Assembly: GCA_963840335.1 (NCBI GenBank)
Contig: CAWIYP010000003.1
Span: 4,760 to 68,759 of the forward strand
Source of the DNA: an uncultured Chloroflexia bacterium
GTDB lineage: Bacteria > Chloroflexota > Ktedonobacteria > Ktedonobacterales > JADMIN01
Length of the DNA stretch: 64,000 nt
Reading direction: 5' to 3'
Shown here piece by piece: positions 45,421-55,405 of this stretch. The translations under genes were made by a program, and so were the position numbers. The notes under the pieces are model-generated. The model worked only from the letters and a program-made list of their open reading frames with translations. It was not told the DNA's origin and searched no databases. How positions within the stretch are numbered: position 1 is the first letter of the stretch; each line of letters begins with the position of its first letter.

Positions 45421-46453
45421 ATGACGACGCCAACACCAGCGACGATCACCTACACCATTCCCGGCGCGCGGACGCTGGATCAACTGAACGAGCCGACGGT
45501 GGACGGCCACCCAGACGAGGACGCGCGCGAGAACTGCGTCGCGGCCTCGCTCGCCGAGGCGCTGCGGATGCTGACGGGGAATCAGACCTTCGATGGCGAC
45601 ATGCTCAAAGACGCGGTGTATGGCCAGGGGTACGTCGGCGTCCAGTCGGCCCACGCCTACATCGCGTATTGCGCGGCGCGGGGCGTCACGCTGGCGGCGG
45701 TCAGCGCCGCGACACAGGCGGGCCTCGTCGCCGCCATCCACCACGCCGTCAGCGCGGGAGAGCCGACGCTGGTGACGATGCCCTCGGACTGGAACACCGC
45801 GCCCGCAGACCCGCGCCATCCCAGCGGCTCCACGCATGTCGGGCTGGCCGTGGGCGTCGGCCCAGCCGCCATCCGCGTGATGAACCCGTGGCATGGCTTC
45901 ATGCAGGACGCGAGCGACGCCTGGTGGGCCGCGCGTCTCTGCGAGGGTGAGGTCTGGACGCTGCGAAAAGCCGCCGCCACGACCACCAGCGCCGCGAAGA
46001 TCAGCGTCCCGGCGGGCTGGCGCGACGATGGCGCGACGCTGACCGCCCCGAACGGCATCGCGGTGGTGCGCGGCATCCGCGAGCGGGTGCTGGGCTGGCC
46101 GGGCGGCTGGCCCGCGTGGGACACGCCGCTGGAGCCAGAGCGCCATCTCGACCAGTTGGAGCTATTCAATCCCGCGCTGGGCGGCGGCGCGCAGCAGGTC
46201 TTCCGCGCCTCCGCGCTGGAGTGGACGCCCACCCATGGCGTGCTGCTGATGCCCATCGGCGCAGAACTGCTGGCCACCCGCGCCGCGCTCGCCACGGCCC
46301 AGACGGCGCTCACCGCCGCGCAGAGCGAAAACGCCGCCCTGCGCGCGCAACTGGCGGCGGCGCAGACGGCGCAAGCTCCGACAGCGCGCGCAGGCGCCCA
46401 CCTCCGACGAGTTGACGCGAGCGGCGGCGCACAACTTCGGCGCAGCGGGCTAG
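45421..46453 (+). CDS. Hypothetical protein with a tentative papain-like Cys/His motif and a C-terminal Ala/Gln coiled coil; probable frameshift near 46390-46400
   Basis: RBS GGAGAGGAG. ENCVAASLAEAL and GSTHVGLAVG are candidate Cys/His sites. Tail LATRAALATAQTALTAAQSENAALRAQLAAAQTAQAPT. As sequenced the ORF runs to 46959, antisense through a TPR fragment. Shifting frame in the (CG)n run gives AQAPTSDELTRAAAHNFGAAG-stop at 46451-46453. Confidence 0.6.
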
Positions 46454-46848
46454 GCGCTGGGGGTGTCGCGGATCGTCGCTTCGATCAACGCGCAGAGTCG
46501 GGTAGCATCCTGGAGGTCTACCGGACTAAAGCTAGCGTACACGTCACGCGAGCCCTGGGCGGCGGCCAGCGCATCACGGAGCAGGCGCAGGCGCTCGGCG
46601 GGTGTTGTGGCGTCGGCGGCCATGTCGCGGTAGAGCAGCGCAATGTTGAATTGGGTCATCGCCCAGTCGGCGGGGGCGGCCTCGCGGGTGCGGACGGTCA
46701 GCGCCGCGCGGTAGGCCTCCACGGCCTCGGCGAGCAGCCGCGCGCGCCTGCCCCTCGGCCAGCCCCGCCTGGTCGCTCAGCGCGACGGCCAGGTTGTTCT
46801 GGGTCATCGCCCAGTCGGCGGGGGCGGCCTCGCGGGTGCGGACGGTGC
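46450..46848 (-). pseudogene. 3' fragment of a TPR-repeat protein gene (no N-terminus, internal frameshift)
   Basis: Repeat units read ...TVRTREAAPADWAMTQ(N/F)N(L/I)A... Two perfect 47-nt copies sit at 46652-46698 and 46790-46836. The frame changes at ~46728-46740 in a (GC)n run. Homology ends abruptly near 46848. Confidence 0.65.
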
Positions 46849-46859
46849 AGGGCGAGCGC

Positions 46860-47021
46860 GGTGGAACCGACTACCGCCGCTTCTTCTTCCGCGATGACAA
46901 GCTGGTGGGCGGTGTTTTTCTCGGCAGCCCCAAGGGACGCAAGAAGGTCGTGGAGCTGATTCGCGCGGGGACGGTCTGCCGCACGGCGAGCGAGCGGGCG
47001 ACGCTCTTCGACGTGCGCTAG
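46860..47021 (+). pseudogene. 3' fragment of a pyridine-nucleotide-disulfide/FAD oxidoreductase gene
   Basis: Reads DYRRFFFRDDKLVGGVFLGSPKGRKKVVELIRAGT, resembling the C-terminal dimerisation segment of NAD(P)/FAD oxidoreductases. No upstream body is present. It abuts the TPR fragment. Confidence 0.45.
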
Positions 47022-47131
47022 CGTGCCATCCAGCGCGCGTGGCGAGGTTGTGTCCTCGCCTCTCTGGTGATCTTGGGAAAGCCGCCGGAGTCATCCACTT
47101 CAGCGAGACGCGGGCGGCGGCGCGGCTCTCC

Positions 47132-48343
47132 CTACGGCGCGAGATACTCCAGCGTGGCGCGGGCCAGCGTCTCCAGCCCGATGGCGAGCGAGTCCTCGGC
47201 GATGTCGAAGCGGGGGCTGTGGTGCGGCGCGTCAATGCCGTGCGTCGGGTCGCCCGCGCCGACGAAGAAATAGCAGCCCGGCGCCGCCTCCAGGAAATAG
47301 GCCATGTCGTCGCTGGCCGCCTGTCGCTGATCGCCGCCGGGAACCTGCTCCTCGCCCACCGTCGCGATGGCCGCGCGCCGCACCAGCGCCGCCATCGCTG
47401 GATCGTTCACGCAGGCTGGGCAGCCGCCGCGTATCTCATAATCCACCGCCGCGCGCATGCCCTCGGCCACCGCGTGCGCCACCTCGCCAATGCGCCGCCG
47501 CAGCAGCTCGCGATCTTCCGCCGCGTAGGCGCGCAACGTGCCGCTCATCTCCACGACATCCGCGATGACATTGAATGCGCCGCCACCGTGAATCGCGCCG
47601 AAGGTGACCACGGCGGGATTGAATGGCGAGACCTCGCGCGAGACCAGGGTTTGCAGCGCCGAGATGATCTCCGCCGCGACGACGATCGGGTCCACCGCTA
47701 GGTGTGGCATCGCGCCATGCCCGCCGCGTCCATAGATGCGCAGCGCAATCTCATCCGCGCTGGAGAAGACGGCCCCCGCCTGCGCTGAGACCTGCCCCAC
47801 GGGCACAGGCGTCCAGAGGTGTAGGCCGATGGTCGCGTCCACCTTTGGGTGATGCGCCACGCCATCCGCCAGCATCGCCAGCGCCCCGCCGATGCGCTCC
47901 TCCGCTGGCTGGAAGACGAAGAGCGCCGCCCCAGCGAACGACTCGCGCCGCGCCATCAGCAGCTCGGCCAGAGTCAGCGCGATGGCGATGTGCCCATCGT
48001 GGCCGCAGGCGTGCATTACGCCGGGGCGCCGCGAGCGCCAGGGGCGCGTCGCCTCGTCGGCCTCCTCCTCGATGGGCAGCGCGTCAATATCGGCGCGAAT
48101 CAGCAGCGTCCGCGCGGGGCGGCTGCTGGGGGCCAGCCCGCGGAGCAGCGCGACCACCCCATGCCCGCCCACGCCTTCCTGCGGCTCCAGCCCCAGCGCG
48201 CGCAGCCGCTCGGCGATCTCGCGGGCAGTCTCTACCTCCTCGAAGGACAGCTCTGGCCGCTGGTGGAAGTAGCGGCGTAGCTCGACCAGACGCTCACGGC
48301 GGCGCTCCACATCCTCGGTGATCTCATCGCGCGCTGCTGGCAT
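47132..48343 (-). CDS. M20-family amidohydrolase (N-acyl-amino-acid amidohydrolase/hippurate hydrolase type)
   Basis: Motifs YFHQRPELSFEE, MHACGHDGH, FQPAEE and GGHGAMPH. RBS GAAGGAG before ATG 48343. Confidence 0.9.
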   Translation of the reverse strand: MPAARDEITEDVERRRERLVELRRYFHQRPELSFEEVETAREIAERLRALGLEPQEGVGGHGVVALLRGLAPSSRPARTLLIRADIDALPIEEEADEATRPWRSRRPGVMHACGHDGHIAIALTLAELLMARRESFAGAALFVFQPAEERIGGALAMLADGVAHHPKVDATIGLHLWTPVPVGQVSAQAGAVFSSADEIALRIYGRGGHGAMPHLAVDPIVVAAEIISALQTLVSREVSPFNPAVVTFGAIHGGGAFNVIADVVEMSGTLRAYAAEDRELLRRRIGEVAHAVAEGMRAAVDYEIRGGCPACVNDPAMAALVRRAAIATVGEEQVPGGDQRQAASDDMAYFLEAAPGCYFFVGAGDPTHGIDAPHHSPRFDIAEDSLAIGLETLARATLEYLAP

Positions 48344-48546
48344 GCTCTTCTCCTTCGGCGGGCCGCGCCGATCATCTGGATGCTCGCCCGATACCAGGGG
48401 TCGCGCCGCCCCGCGCGACGCGCCCCGCCTGGGCATTGTACACTGCGAGAGGCTGTGGCGGGGCGCGTAGGCGCGTCGCAAAGCCTGCGCCGTAAATCCG
48501 TGGCGCCGCGTGACGTCTCATCTGGCGTGGAGGGATAACAAAACGC

Positions 48547-49023
48547 ATGGCCGAACCGATGACGACCGATGACCTGCTGGCGCTGCTGGCCAGTGTGCCC
48601 GATCAACTCGACGCCGCGCTGTCCGCCAGCACGCGCCAGGAACCAGCGCCGCAGCCCGGTGTGACGACTGGCGAAGGCGACTGGACGACCAGCGAGCTGG
48701 TGGGCCACCTCTGCGACTCCGCGCGCTATTGGGGTGGCCGGATGCGCCTCGTTGTCTACGAAGAGACACCAGAGCTACCCGTCTATGACCAGGACACGTT
48801 CGTGCGGCTGGCGGCCTATCGCTACCTCTCGCCAGAAACCCTGGCCCAGGAGTTCCGGCTGATCAGCGCGGCGAATCTGGCGCTGCTGCGCGGGTTGCGC
48901 CCGGAGCAGTGGGAGCGCGTCGGACTCCATGCGGAGCGCGGGCAGCTCACCCTGCGCGATATCGTCGCTATCGAGGCGCAGCACGAGCGCGACCATGCGC
49001 GGCAGATCGCCGCGGGACGCTGA
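48547..49023 (+). CDS. DinB-family (DinB_2) protein
   Basis: Four-helix pattern with ELVGHLCDSARYW and IEAQHERDHARQI (His triad). Confidence 0.85.
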   Translation: MAEPMTTDDLLALLASVPDQLDAALSASTRQEPAPQPGVTTGEGDWTTSELVGHLCDSARYWGGRMRLVVYEETPELPVYDQDTFVRLAAYRYLSPETLAQEFRLISAANLALLRGLRPEQWERVGLHAERGQLTLRDIVAIEAQHERDHARQIAAGR

Positions 49024-49302
49024 GCGAGCGCCGCGTGAATTTTCTTTGCTCGCGTCAATGCCTGTTGTCACACAGGGAGCGATGGCGTATACTCGGCGAG
49101 AAAGGCGAAGCGCGGGCGGTGGCCATGCTCAACATGTGGCCTGCCAGCAGCGATGCGCCTGTGTGGAGATGCGCGTTTCCCTGATGGCCATACATGACCA
49201 CAGCCCGAGCGCTGGGCGGCGGGGCGTGTCCGTTGACCGATAACCCGCTTCGGATTCCCGCCCGCGCGTCTGTTCGCAAGGTGCAGGAGCTTTTCAGAAG
49301 TT

Positions 49303-50004
49303 ATGGATAGCTCGATTACAGCGTCGTCCAGGCGTCAGATCTCTCTGATCGAGACGCTGGCGATTCTCGTCATCTTTGTCCCTGGATTGTTCCAGGGGTC
49401 CATTGTTACCACCATCTCGTTCGTCGGCGTGGCGATCGCGGTGATCGGCTGGGGCTATGCGATGTTCACCGCCGCGCGCGTACGCGCGAACGGCTGGGTG
49501 GTGTTGCTCGGCATTAGCTTCGTAATCGCACTCGCGCTCGTGGGATACTCGCTTATCCGTGAGGGGAGCACAGGACCGCTGGGCGCCTCGCAGCTTGGCT
49601 TCTTGTCGCTCGCCTTCCTCACGCTTGGCTACACAACTATGGGTGGCGACGCGCAGGTGATTGAACGTGGTATCGCGGCTTTCTATGGTGGCTGGGGCTT
49701 GCTCACGCTGGTCATCGGCGGCACGCTTGTTGGCGGCGCCATCGGCTCCACCATCAGCGCGGCGGCTGGCTACATCATCGCGTTCGGCTTCCAGCTCTAT
49801 GCGGTCGCTGGCGTACTCGGCGCCTTCGCGTGGGTCATTGGCCTGATCGCAGGATACCGCACGAAGGCCTGGGGCTGGTTCGCGCTCATCGTGTTGCTAC
49901 CCGCAATCGGCGCGTTCATGTTCGGCCTCTTTGGCCCCACCCGCCACGACGTGCTGATGGCGCAGGAGCAGACGCGCCAGCGCAAAGCGGTCGGCCTGAG
50001 CTAG
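49303..50004 (+). CDS. Hypothetical multi-pass membrane protein with a PLD-nuclease-N-like C-terminal helix pair
   Basis: Six or so hydrophobic segments. C-terminal region WGWFALIVLLPAIGAFMFGLFGP. Confidence 0.7.
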   Translation: MDSSITASSRRQISLIETLAILVIFVPGLFQGSIVTTISFVGVAIAVIGWGYAMFTAARVRANGWVVLLGISFVIALALVGYSLIREGSTGPLGASQLGFLSLAFLTLGYTTMGGDAQVIERGIAAFYGGWGLLTLVIGGTLVGGAIGSTISAAAGYIIAFGFQLYAVAGVLGAFAWVIGLIAGYRTKAWGWFALIVLLPAIGAFMFGLFGPTRHDVLMAQEQTRQRKAVGLS

Positions 50005-50027
50005 CGCGCCTTCCACATTGGCGATAC

Positions 50028-50074
50028 AATCCGCGCGCCCGATGGTCTTTAGCATTGGGACGCGCGGATTTTTT
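50028..50074 (+). terminator. Rho-independent terminator after the 49303-50004 gene
   Basis: AATCCGCGCG (50028-50037) pairs with CGCGCGGATT (50061-50070), followed by a run of six T (50069-50074). Confidence 0.65.
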
Positions 50075-50277
50075 CATGTCACGAGAGATGGAGCGCCTGA
50101 GAAATCGTCTAGAAATAAGGCCCATTTGCTGTCTTCACGCCATTGCGGGGCGTATAATCTCTCACAAGGATCAAAGGCGGCGCGAGCGTCCCAGGGAATA
50201 GGCGATAAGTCACGCGCATGGCGCGCATCGTTGTGTAGCGCCTATCCCAGAAAAGACCCGGGAAATGGAGTGACGCT

Positions 50278-50556
50278 ATGCCATTGCACTGGACTGATCT
50301 GCTCATCATCGTCGTGCTGGGTCTGATATTCTTCGGGCCGAAGCGCCTGCCAGAGATGGGGGCGGCGCTGGGCAAGACGATTCGCGAGTTCCAGAAATCT
50401 ATGCGCGAAGTGACGAATCCTGAGCCAACAACGTCCTTAACGCCAAACGCGGCGCAATCCGTGCAGCCGCCAACACCCGCCGCCGAGACCCCCTCCCGCG
50501 AGCCGCTGACTGTGGCGGATGACGCCCCCCATGCGCGCGAGGAGACGGTTCGCTAG
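50278..50556 (+). CDS. tatA: Twin-arginine translocase subunit TatA/E
   Basis: Reads LLIIVVLGLIFFGPKRLPEMGAALGKTIREFQKSM. A perfect TATAAT hexamer lies at 50153-50158, ~120 nt upstream. Confidence 0.9.
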   Translation: MPLHWTDLLIIVVLGLIFFGPKRLPEMGAALGKTIREFQKSMREVTNPEPTTSLTPNAAQSVQPPTPAAETPSREPLTVADDAPHAREETVR

Positions 50557-50601
50557 CTTGGGGTCAGCGGCGCCACGCCGTACATGGGCAGGGAGCGTGA
50601 G

Positions 50602-51396
50602 ATGGCAGCGATAGACACGCGACAGACCGAGCCTCAATCAGCCATGCCGGGCGATGAGCCAGAAGCAGAGCTTGCTGTCATGACCCTGGTGGAGCATCTC
50701 GAAGAGTTGCGCCGCCGGTTACTCATCTCGCTCATCGCCATCGCGGTAGGCAGCGTCGTCGCGTTCATCTTCTGGGATCCCATCTTTGGCTTCCTGCTCT
50801 CACCGATGCCACGAGTGGTCGCAGGCAGCGCGAACATCATGCAGCAAGGCAAGCTGGTCATTTCTGATCCCACCGGCCCCTTCATGGTGGCGCTCAAGGT
50901 CTCCATCGGCGTCGGTATCGCGCTCGCCGCGCCCGTCATACTCTATCAGGTGTGGGGCTTCCTCTCCCCGGCGATGACGAATAAAGAGCGCAAATACGCC
51001 GTGCCCTTCACGCTGCTTGGCGTTGGCCTCTTTGTCGCTGGACTGATCGTCGGCTTCATTGTCCTGCGCTTCCCCATCGAATGGCTGATTAGCTTCGGCT
51101 CCAACCGCTTCATCCCGCTCATCTCCGCCGACGCCTACCTCACGTTTGTCACCTACTTCCTGCTGGCGTTTGGCCTCGTCTTCGAGTTGCCGCTGGTACT
51201 CACCTTCCTCGGTGTTCTCGGCGTCATCAATAGCCAGATGCTGCGGGCCAAGCGGATGTACATCCTCTTCGGGCTGTGGGTGCTTTCGTGCTTCATCACC
51301 CCAGGCGCCGACCCGATCAGCCCGATCATTATCGCGGTGGCGCTGACCGCGCTCTTTGAGTTGAGCGTCTTGCTCCTGCGTTTCATCAAGCGATGA
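50602..51396 (+). CDS. tatC: Twin-arginine translocase subunit TatC
   Basis: Reads LVEHLEELRRRLLISL, followed by six TM segments, with FITPGADPISP. Confidence 0.9.
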   Translation: MAAIDTRQTEPQSAMPGDEPEAELAVMTLVEHLEELRRRLLISLIAIAVGSVVAFIFWDPIFGFLLSPMPRVVAGSANIMQQGKLVISDPTGPFMVALKVSIGVGIALAAPVILYQVWGFLSPAMTNKERKYAVPFTLLGVGLFVAGLIVGFIVLRFPIEWLISFGSNRFIPLISADAYLTFVTYFLLAFGLVFELPLVLTFLGVLGVINSQMLRAKRMYILFGLWVLSCFITPGADPISPIIIAVALTALFELSVLLLRFIKR

Positions 51397-51403
51397 GCGC
51401 GAC

Positions 51404-52489
51404 ATGACGCAGGCGGATGCCAGTGAGCTATCGCCGGCGCGTATTTCGCGCGGGCCTGTAGCGCTGGTCTACAGCCCCTACGCTGGCTCAGCGCATGGCG
51501 CGCATCCGCAAGCGCTGCTGGAAGCTGCGGGCATCCGTGTGGGGCTGGCGCTGCCAGTCGCGGCGCTCGACGGCGCCGAGGCGCAGGGGCCGCGCTGGCG
51601 TGAGGCGGGCTGCGTGGCGGTCGTCGCGGCGGGCGGCGATGGCACGGTAGGCGCGGTGGCCAGCCATGCCGCCGAGGTTGATCTGCCGTTGGGCATCTTG
51701 CCGCTGGGTACCGCGAACGACATCGCCCGCGCGCTCGGCATTCCGATAGCGCCTGACGCCGCCGCGCAGATCATCGCGCAGGGCGCCCTGCGGCGGATGG
51801 ACGCCGGGCAGGTCATCCCCGCGCAGACGGCGCCGCACGCCAGCGCCACCGACCCCGTGGCGGCGCGCGGGGCATATTTCCTGCATGCGATGTCCCTCGG
51901 CCTGAACGTCGAGTTCGCCCGCCGCGCGACCAACGTGGCGCAGCGGCGAATTTGGGGTAAGCTAACGTATGTCGTCTCAGCGATCGAGTCACTAGAGCAT
52001 CTGCGGCCCACAGAAGTGACGCTGCGGTTCATCGGGACGCCAGGCGGGGCGAGCTTCGAGACGCGCTGCGAGACGACATTCTTGATGGCGATCAATCTGC
52101 CGGTGTTTGGCGGACGGCTGGAGCTGCGCATGCCAGCGATTCGCACGGATGACCGCATGCTGGATGTAATCGTCGTCGAGACGCCAGAGCCACACGGCGC
52201 GCATGCGGCCTTCGAGGCCGCGCTGGAGGCGCTCGCGGGGGCGGCGCGGCTGTTTGGCGTTGGCGCGAAGGCTGCGACGACAACAGACACGGAGCCTCCC
52301 GCGTGGGCGCCAGAGGGTGTGGCGCTGCCAGGGGGACGCTGGTATCGCGCGCGGTCAGTCGAGATTGCGACCGCGCAGCCCGTGGAACTGACGCTGGATG
52401 GCGAGTTGCGCGGGCAGACGCCAGCGGTGGCGCGCGTGGCGCCGCATGCCGTGTGGGTGATCGCTCCAGCGGGCGCCGAAGAGGCGTGA
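51404..52489 (+). CDS. Diacylglycerol-kinase-family lipid kinase (YegS/BmrU type)
   Basis: Motifs VVAAGGDGTVGAV and LGILPLGTANDIARALG. Confidence 0.85.
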   Translation: MTQADASELSPARISRGPVALVYSPYAGSAHGAHPQALLEAAGIRVGLALPVAALDGAEAQGPRWREAGCVAVVAAGGDGTVGAVASHAAEVDLPLGILPLGTANDIARALGIPIAPDAAAQIIAQGALRRMDAGQVIPAQTAPHASATDPVAARGAYFLHAMSLGLNVEFARRATNVAQRRIWGKLTYVVSAIESLEHLRPTEVTLRFIGTPGGASFETRCETTFLMAINLPVFGGRLELRMPAIRTDDRMLDVIVVETPEPHGAHAAFEAALEALAGAARLFGVGAKAATTTDTEPPAWAPEGVALPGGRWYRARSVEIATAQPVELTLDGELRGQTPAVARVAPHAVWVIAPAGAEEA

Positions 52490-52534
52490 GGGTCGCGCCT
52501 GAGTTGTGATGATGTGAGGCGACAGGACGAGAAG

Positions 52535-55342
52535 ATGAGCGGCAACGACAAGGGCAAGTATCGCTTTCCCAAGCGGCGCACGAATCGCCCCGGCCAGGGT
52601 GGCGCGAGCCAGGGTGGCGCGAGCCAGGGGAATACCAGCCGTGGCAAACGCCGCGACGAGAAGCCACGCCATCCGCCGCTGGAGACGCGACTCAGCGCGA
52701 CCACCAGCGAGCATCGCCGCCGTAGCCGCGAGTTGGGCGTCGAGTCGCAGCCCGTCACGCGCGCGTGGACGCTGGAGTGGGACGACGAGGCGCGGACGTT
52801 GGTAGACGCTTTCGCGGCGGAGCAGCCTTATCCCCTCGACCCCTTCCAGCTCGAAGCCGGACAGCATCTGGCCGAGGGCCGTTCGGTGCTGGTCGCGGCG
52901 CCCACGGGAACTGGCAAGACGGTCGTGGCGGAGGTGGCCATCTGGCTGGCGCGGCGCGAGGGCAAGCGCGCCATCTACACGGCGCCGATTAAGGCGCTCT
53001 CGAACCAGAAGTTCCGCGACCTGCGGGCGCGCTATGGCGCCGACGAGGTGGGCCTGCTCACCGGCGACATCGTCGAGAATCCCAGCGCGCGTATCGTCGT
53101 GATGACGACCGAGATCTATCGCAACATGCTGCTAGAGGGCCTGCGCGCCGCGCATGTCACTCCCCAGGCCGAGGCGAGCGAGCTGCTTGCGGAGGTTGAT
53201 GCGCGCCAGAACCCACGGATCGAGGCGCCCATCGCGCCCTCCGATGTCGCGGAGATGGCCCGCCGCGCCCGGCTGGATGAGGAGCTATCCAGCGTCGGCT
53301 GTGTGATCTTCGATGAGCTGCACTTCCTCAACGACCCGGAGCGTGGGCCAGTCTGGGAGGAGGCGATCATCCACTCCCCGCCGCATGTCATCTTCGTCGG
53401 CCTCTCCGCCACGGTGAGCAACGCCGATGAGCTGCGCCAGTGGATCGAACAGGTGCATGGCCCGATGGGGCTGGTCTACCACACCGAGCGCTCCGTGCCG
53501 CTGGAGCACTTCTACTTCCTGGATGGCCAGTTGCGGCTGGCGCAGAATGCCGATGGGCAGCGTGTCGAGCGCTTCCCTGGCATCGGCGGCGAGACGAAGC
53601 TGGCGCGTCTGCTCCAGCGCGGGCGGCGCTACACCTTCGATGGCGAGACACGCGCCCCCGCCGCCGCTCCAGCGGCCAGCAAGTCCGGCGAGCCAGCCTC
53701 GGCCAGCGCGGAGGAGGCAACGCCTCCAGAGCGTCCCACACCGGAGCCGGGCGAAGTGCTGACGGCGCTGCGCACAGCGGAGATGCTGCCCGCGCTCTAC
53801 TTCCTGCCGGGGCGGCGTGCGGTGGAACAGGCGGCGGAGAGCGCGGCGAGCCACCTCTTCACCACGCCTGACCAGCGCCAGCGGCTCCACCGCGAGGTGC
53901 AAGAGTGGGTGCGCGCATTGCCTGCCGAAGACCAGCGCCTCGATCAGGTGCGGCGGCTGGCGTTGCTCTTGCCGCGCGGACTGGGCTTCCATCATGCGGG
54001 GCTGCTGCCGGGCCTGAAGGTGATGGTCGAGACCCTCTTCCAGCGTGGCGAACTCAAAGCCGTCTTTGCCACCGATACGCTGGCGCTGGGCGTCAACATG
54101 CCCGCGCGCAGTGTCGTGCTGGGGAGCCTGAGCAAGTTCGACGGCACGCAGATGCGGCTGATGACGCCGAATGAATACCAGCAGCTTACCGGGCGCGCGG
54201 GCCGCCGTGGCATTGACGCGCACGGAGCCGCCATCATCCCCTACTCGCCGTGGGACGCCTTCGAGCCTGCGTTTTCCGCGCTGACGGCGCCGCTACTGCC
54301 GGTGACGAGCGCCTTCACCGTGCGCTACAACACCGTGCTGAACCTGTGGCGGCCTGGCGATCTGACGCGACTGCGGAAGGCGGTGGGCGCCAGCCTGCGC
54401 GAGTTCCAGCGGCGGCGAGTCGTTGTGACGGCGGGCCACCGTGCGCGTCGCCATGAAGATGTGCGCGCGCGCTACGAGCCAGGCGCCGAGGAGACGCCGG
54501 CACGCGCCGAGCGCCATGCCACAGGCCTGAGTCGCGCGGCCCTGGCCGAGCTGAACGCGACGATCTACGTGCTGCGGGCGCTGGGCTATATTGGCGAGGA
54601 TGACGCGCTGAGCGTGCGCGGACGCATGCTGCGGTCGATCTTCCATCCAGCGGGGATCATGATCTGCGAGCTGGTCTTCAGCGGCGCGCTGGATGAGCTT
54701 AGCCCGGCGGAGCTGGCCGAGGTGATGAGCTGGTTCACCTTCGACAGCGACCGCTCACTGCGCAATGGCTTCCTCATGCCGGAGAAGGTGCTGCAAACGC
54801 GGCGGGTGGCGCAACGGACACAGCGCTTTGTCCAGCAATTCGAGTATGACGAAGGGCTTGACATGAGTCCCGGCATCGTGGACGCCTTCCATAGCGTCGC
54901 GCTGAACTGGGCGCGCGGCGTGACGCTGAGCGGCCTGCTCAACCGCATCGAGCTGGCGGAGGGCGACCTGCTGGTGACGCTGAACCAGACGATCGACCTG
55001 CTGCAACAGACGCAGAGCGCGCTGGCCCAGACCCTCGACGCGCGCGACCTCTGGCGGCCTGTCGGCCCCGACGCGCGCGGTCGCCGTCAGCAGGCGCTGG
55101 CGCAGACCCGCGCGCGCATGGATGCGCTGCGCCCGCGCCTCAGCGAGGCCTGGCGCATGATGCTGCGCGGCAGTGTCGCCATGAGCCGCGCGATTCCGGC
55201 GATGGCCACGCCCGCACTGGCCGAGACGGAGGAGGCGGAGGCCGCGCTCGCCGCCCTGCCTCCGCTGGCGATGGCGGAGGACGAAGACCCCGCCGAGGTC
55301 GCCGCCGACCTCGCCGAGGAGGCGCCGGGCGCGGAGGGGTGA
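52535..55342 (+). CDS. Ski2/HelY-like DEAD/DEAH-box helicase with a basic N-terminal tail
   Basis: Motifs AAPTGTGKT, FDELHFLND, LSATVSN, HHAGLLP and TGRAGRRG. C-terminal Ski2-type arch/DSHCT-like region. The track ORF starts at 52514. A 15-nt tandem duplication (GQGGASQGGASQG) lies at ~52594-52623. Confidence 0.88.
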   Translation: MSGNDKGKYRFPKRRTNRPGQGGASQGGASQGNTSRGKRRDEKPRHPPLETRLSATTSEHRRRSRELGVESQPVTRAWTLEWDDEARTLVDAFAAEQPYPLDPFQLEAGQHLAEGRSVLVAAPTGTGKTVVAEVAIWLARREGKRAIYTAPIKALSNQKFRDLRARYGADEVGLLTGDIVENPSARIVVMTTEIYRNMLLEGLRAAHVTPQAEASELLAEVDARQNPRIEAPIAPSDVAEMARRARLDEELSSVGCVIFDELHFLNDPERGPVWEEAIIHSPPHVIFVGLSATVSNADELRQWIEQVHGPMGLVYHTERSVPLEHFYFLDGQLRLAQNADGQRVERFPGIGGETKLARLLQRGRRYTFDGETRAPAAAPAASKSGEPASASAEEATPPERPTPEPGEVLTALRTAEMLPALYFLPGRRAVEQAAESAASHLFTTPDQRQRLHREVQEWVRALPAEDQRLDQVRRLALLLPRGLGFHHAGLLPGLKVMVETLFQRGELKAVFATDTLALGVNMPARSVVLGSLSKFDGTQMRLMTPNEYQQLTGRAGRRGIDAHGAAIIPYSPWDAFEPAFSALTAPLLPVTSAFTVRYNTVLNLWRPGDLTRLRKAVGASLREFQRRRVVVTAGHRARRHEDVRARYEPGAEETPARAERHATGLSRAALAELNATIYVLRALGYIGEDDALSVRGRMLRSIFHPAGIMICELVFSGALDELSPAELAEVMSWFTFDSDRSLRNGFLMPEKVLQTRRVAQRTQRFVQQFEYDEGLDMSPGIVDAFHSVALNWARGVTLSGLLNRIELAEGDLLVTLNQTIDLLQQTQSALAQTLDARDLWRPVGPDARGRRQQALAQTRARMDALRPRLSEAWRMMLRGSVAMSRAIPAMATPALAETEEAEAALAALPPLAMAEDEDPAEVAADLAEEAPGAEG

Positions 55343-55405
55343 TGGATGGCGCGGAGTCGTGGCTGGCGAATCTACGCGCCAGCCACTTTCCCGCTTGTAA
55401 GCTGG

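Noticed and set aside
50126-50277. A full sigma-70 promoter and structured leader for tatA.
   Set aside because: A perfect TATAAT hexamer exists at 50153-50158, but no acceptable -35 lies at 16-18-bp spacing; TTGCTG is 21 bp away. The leader hairpins are short. It is noted only within the tatA evidence.
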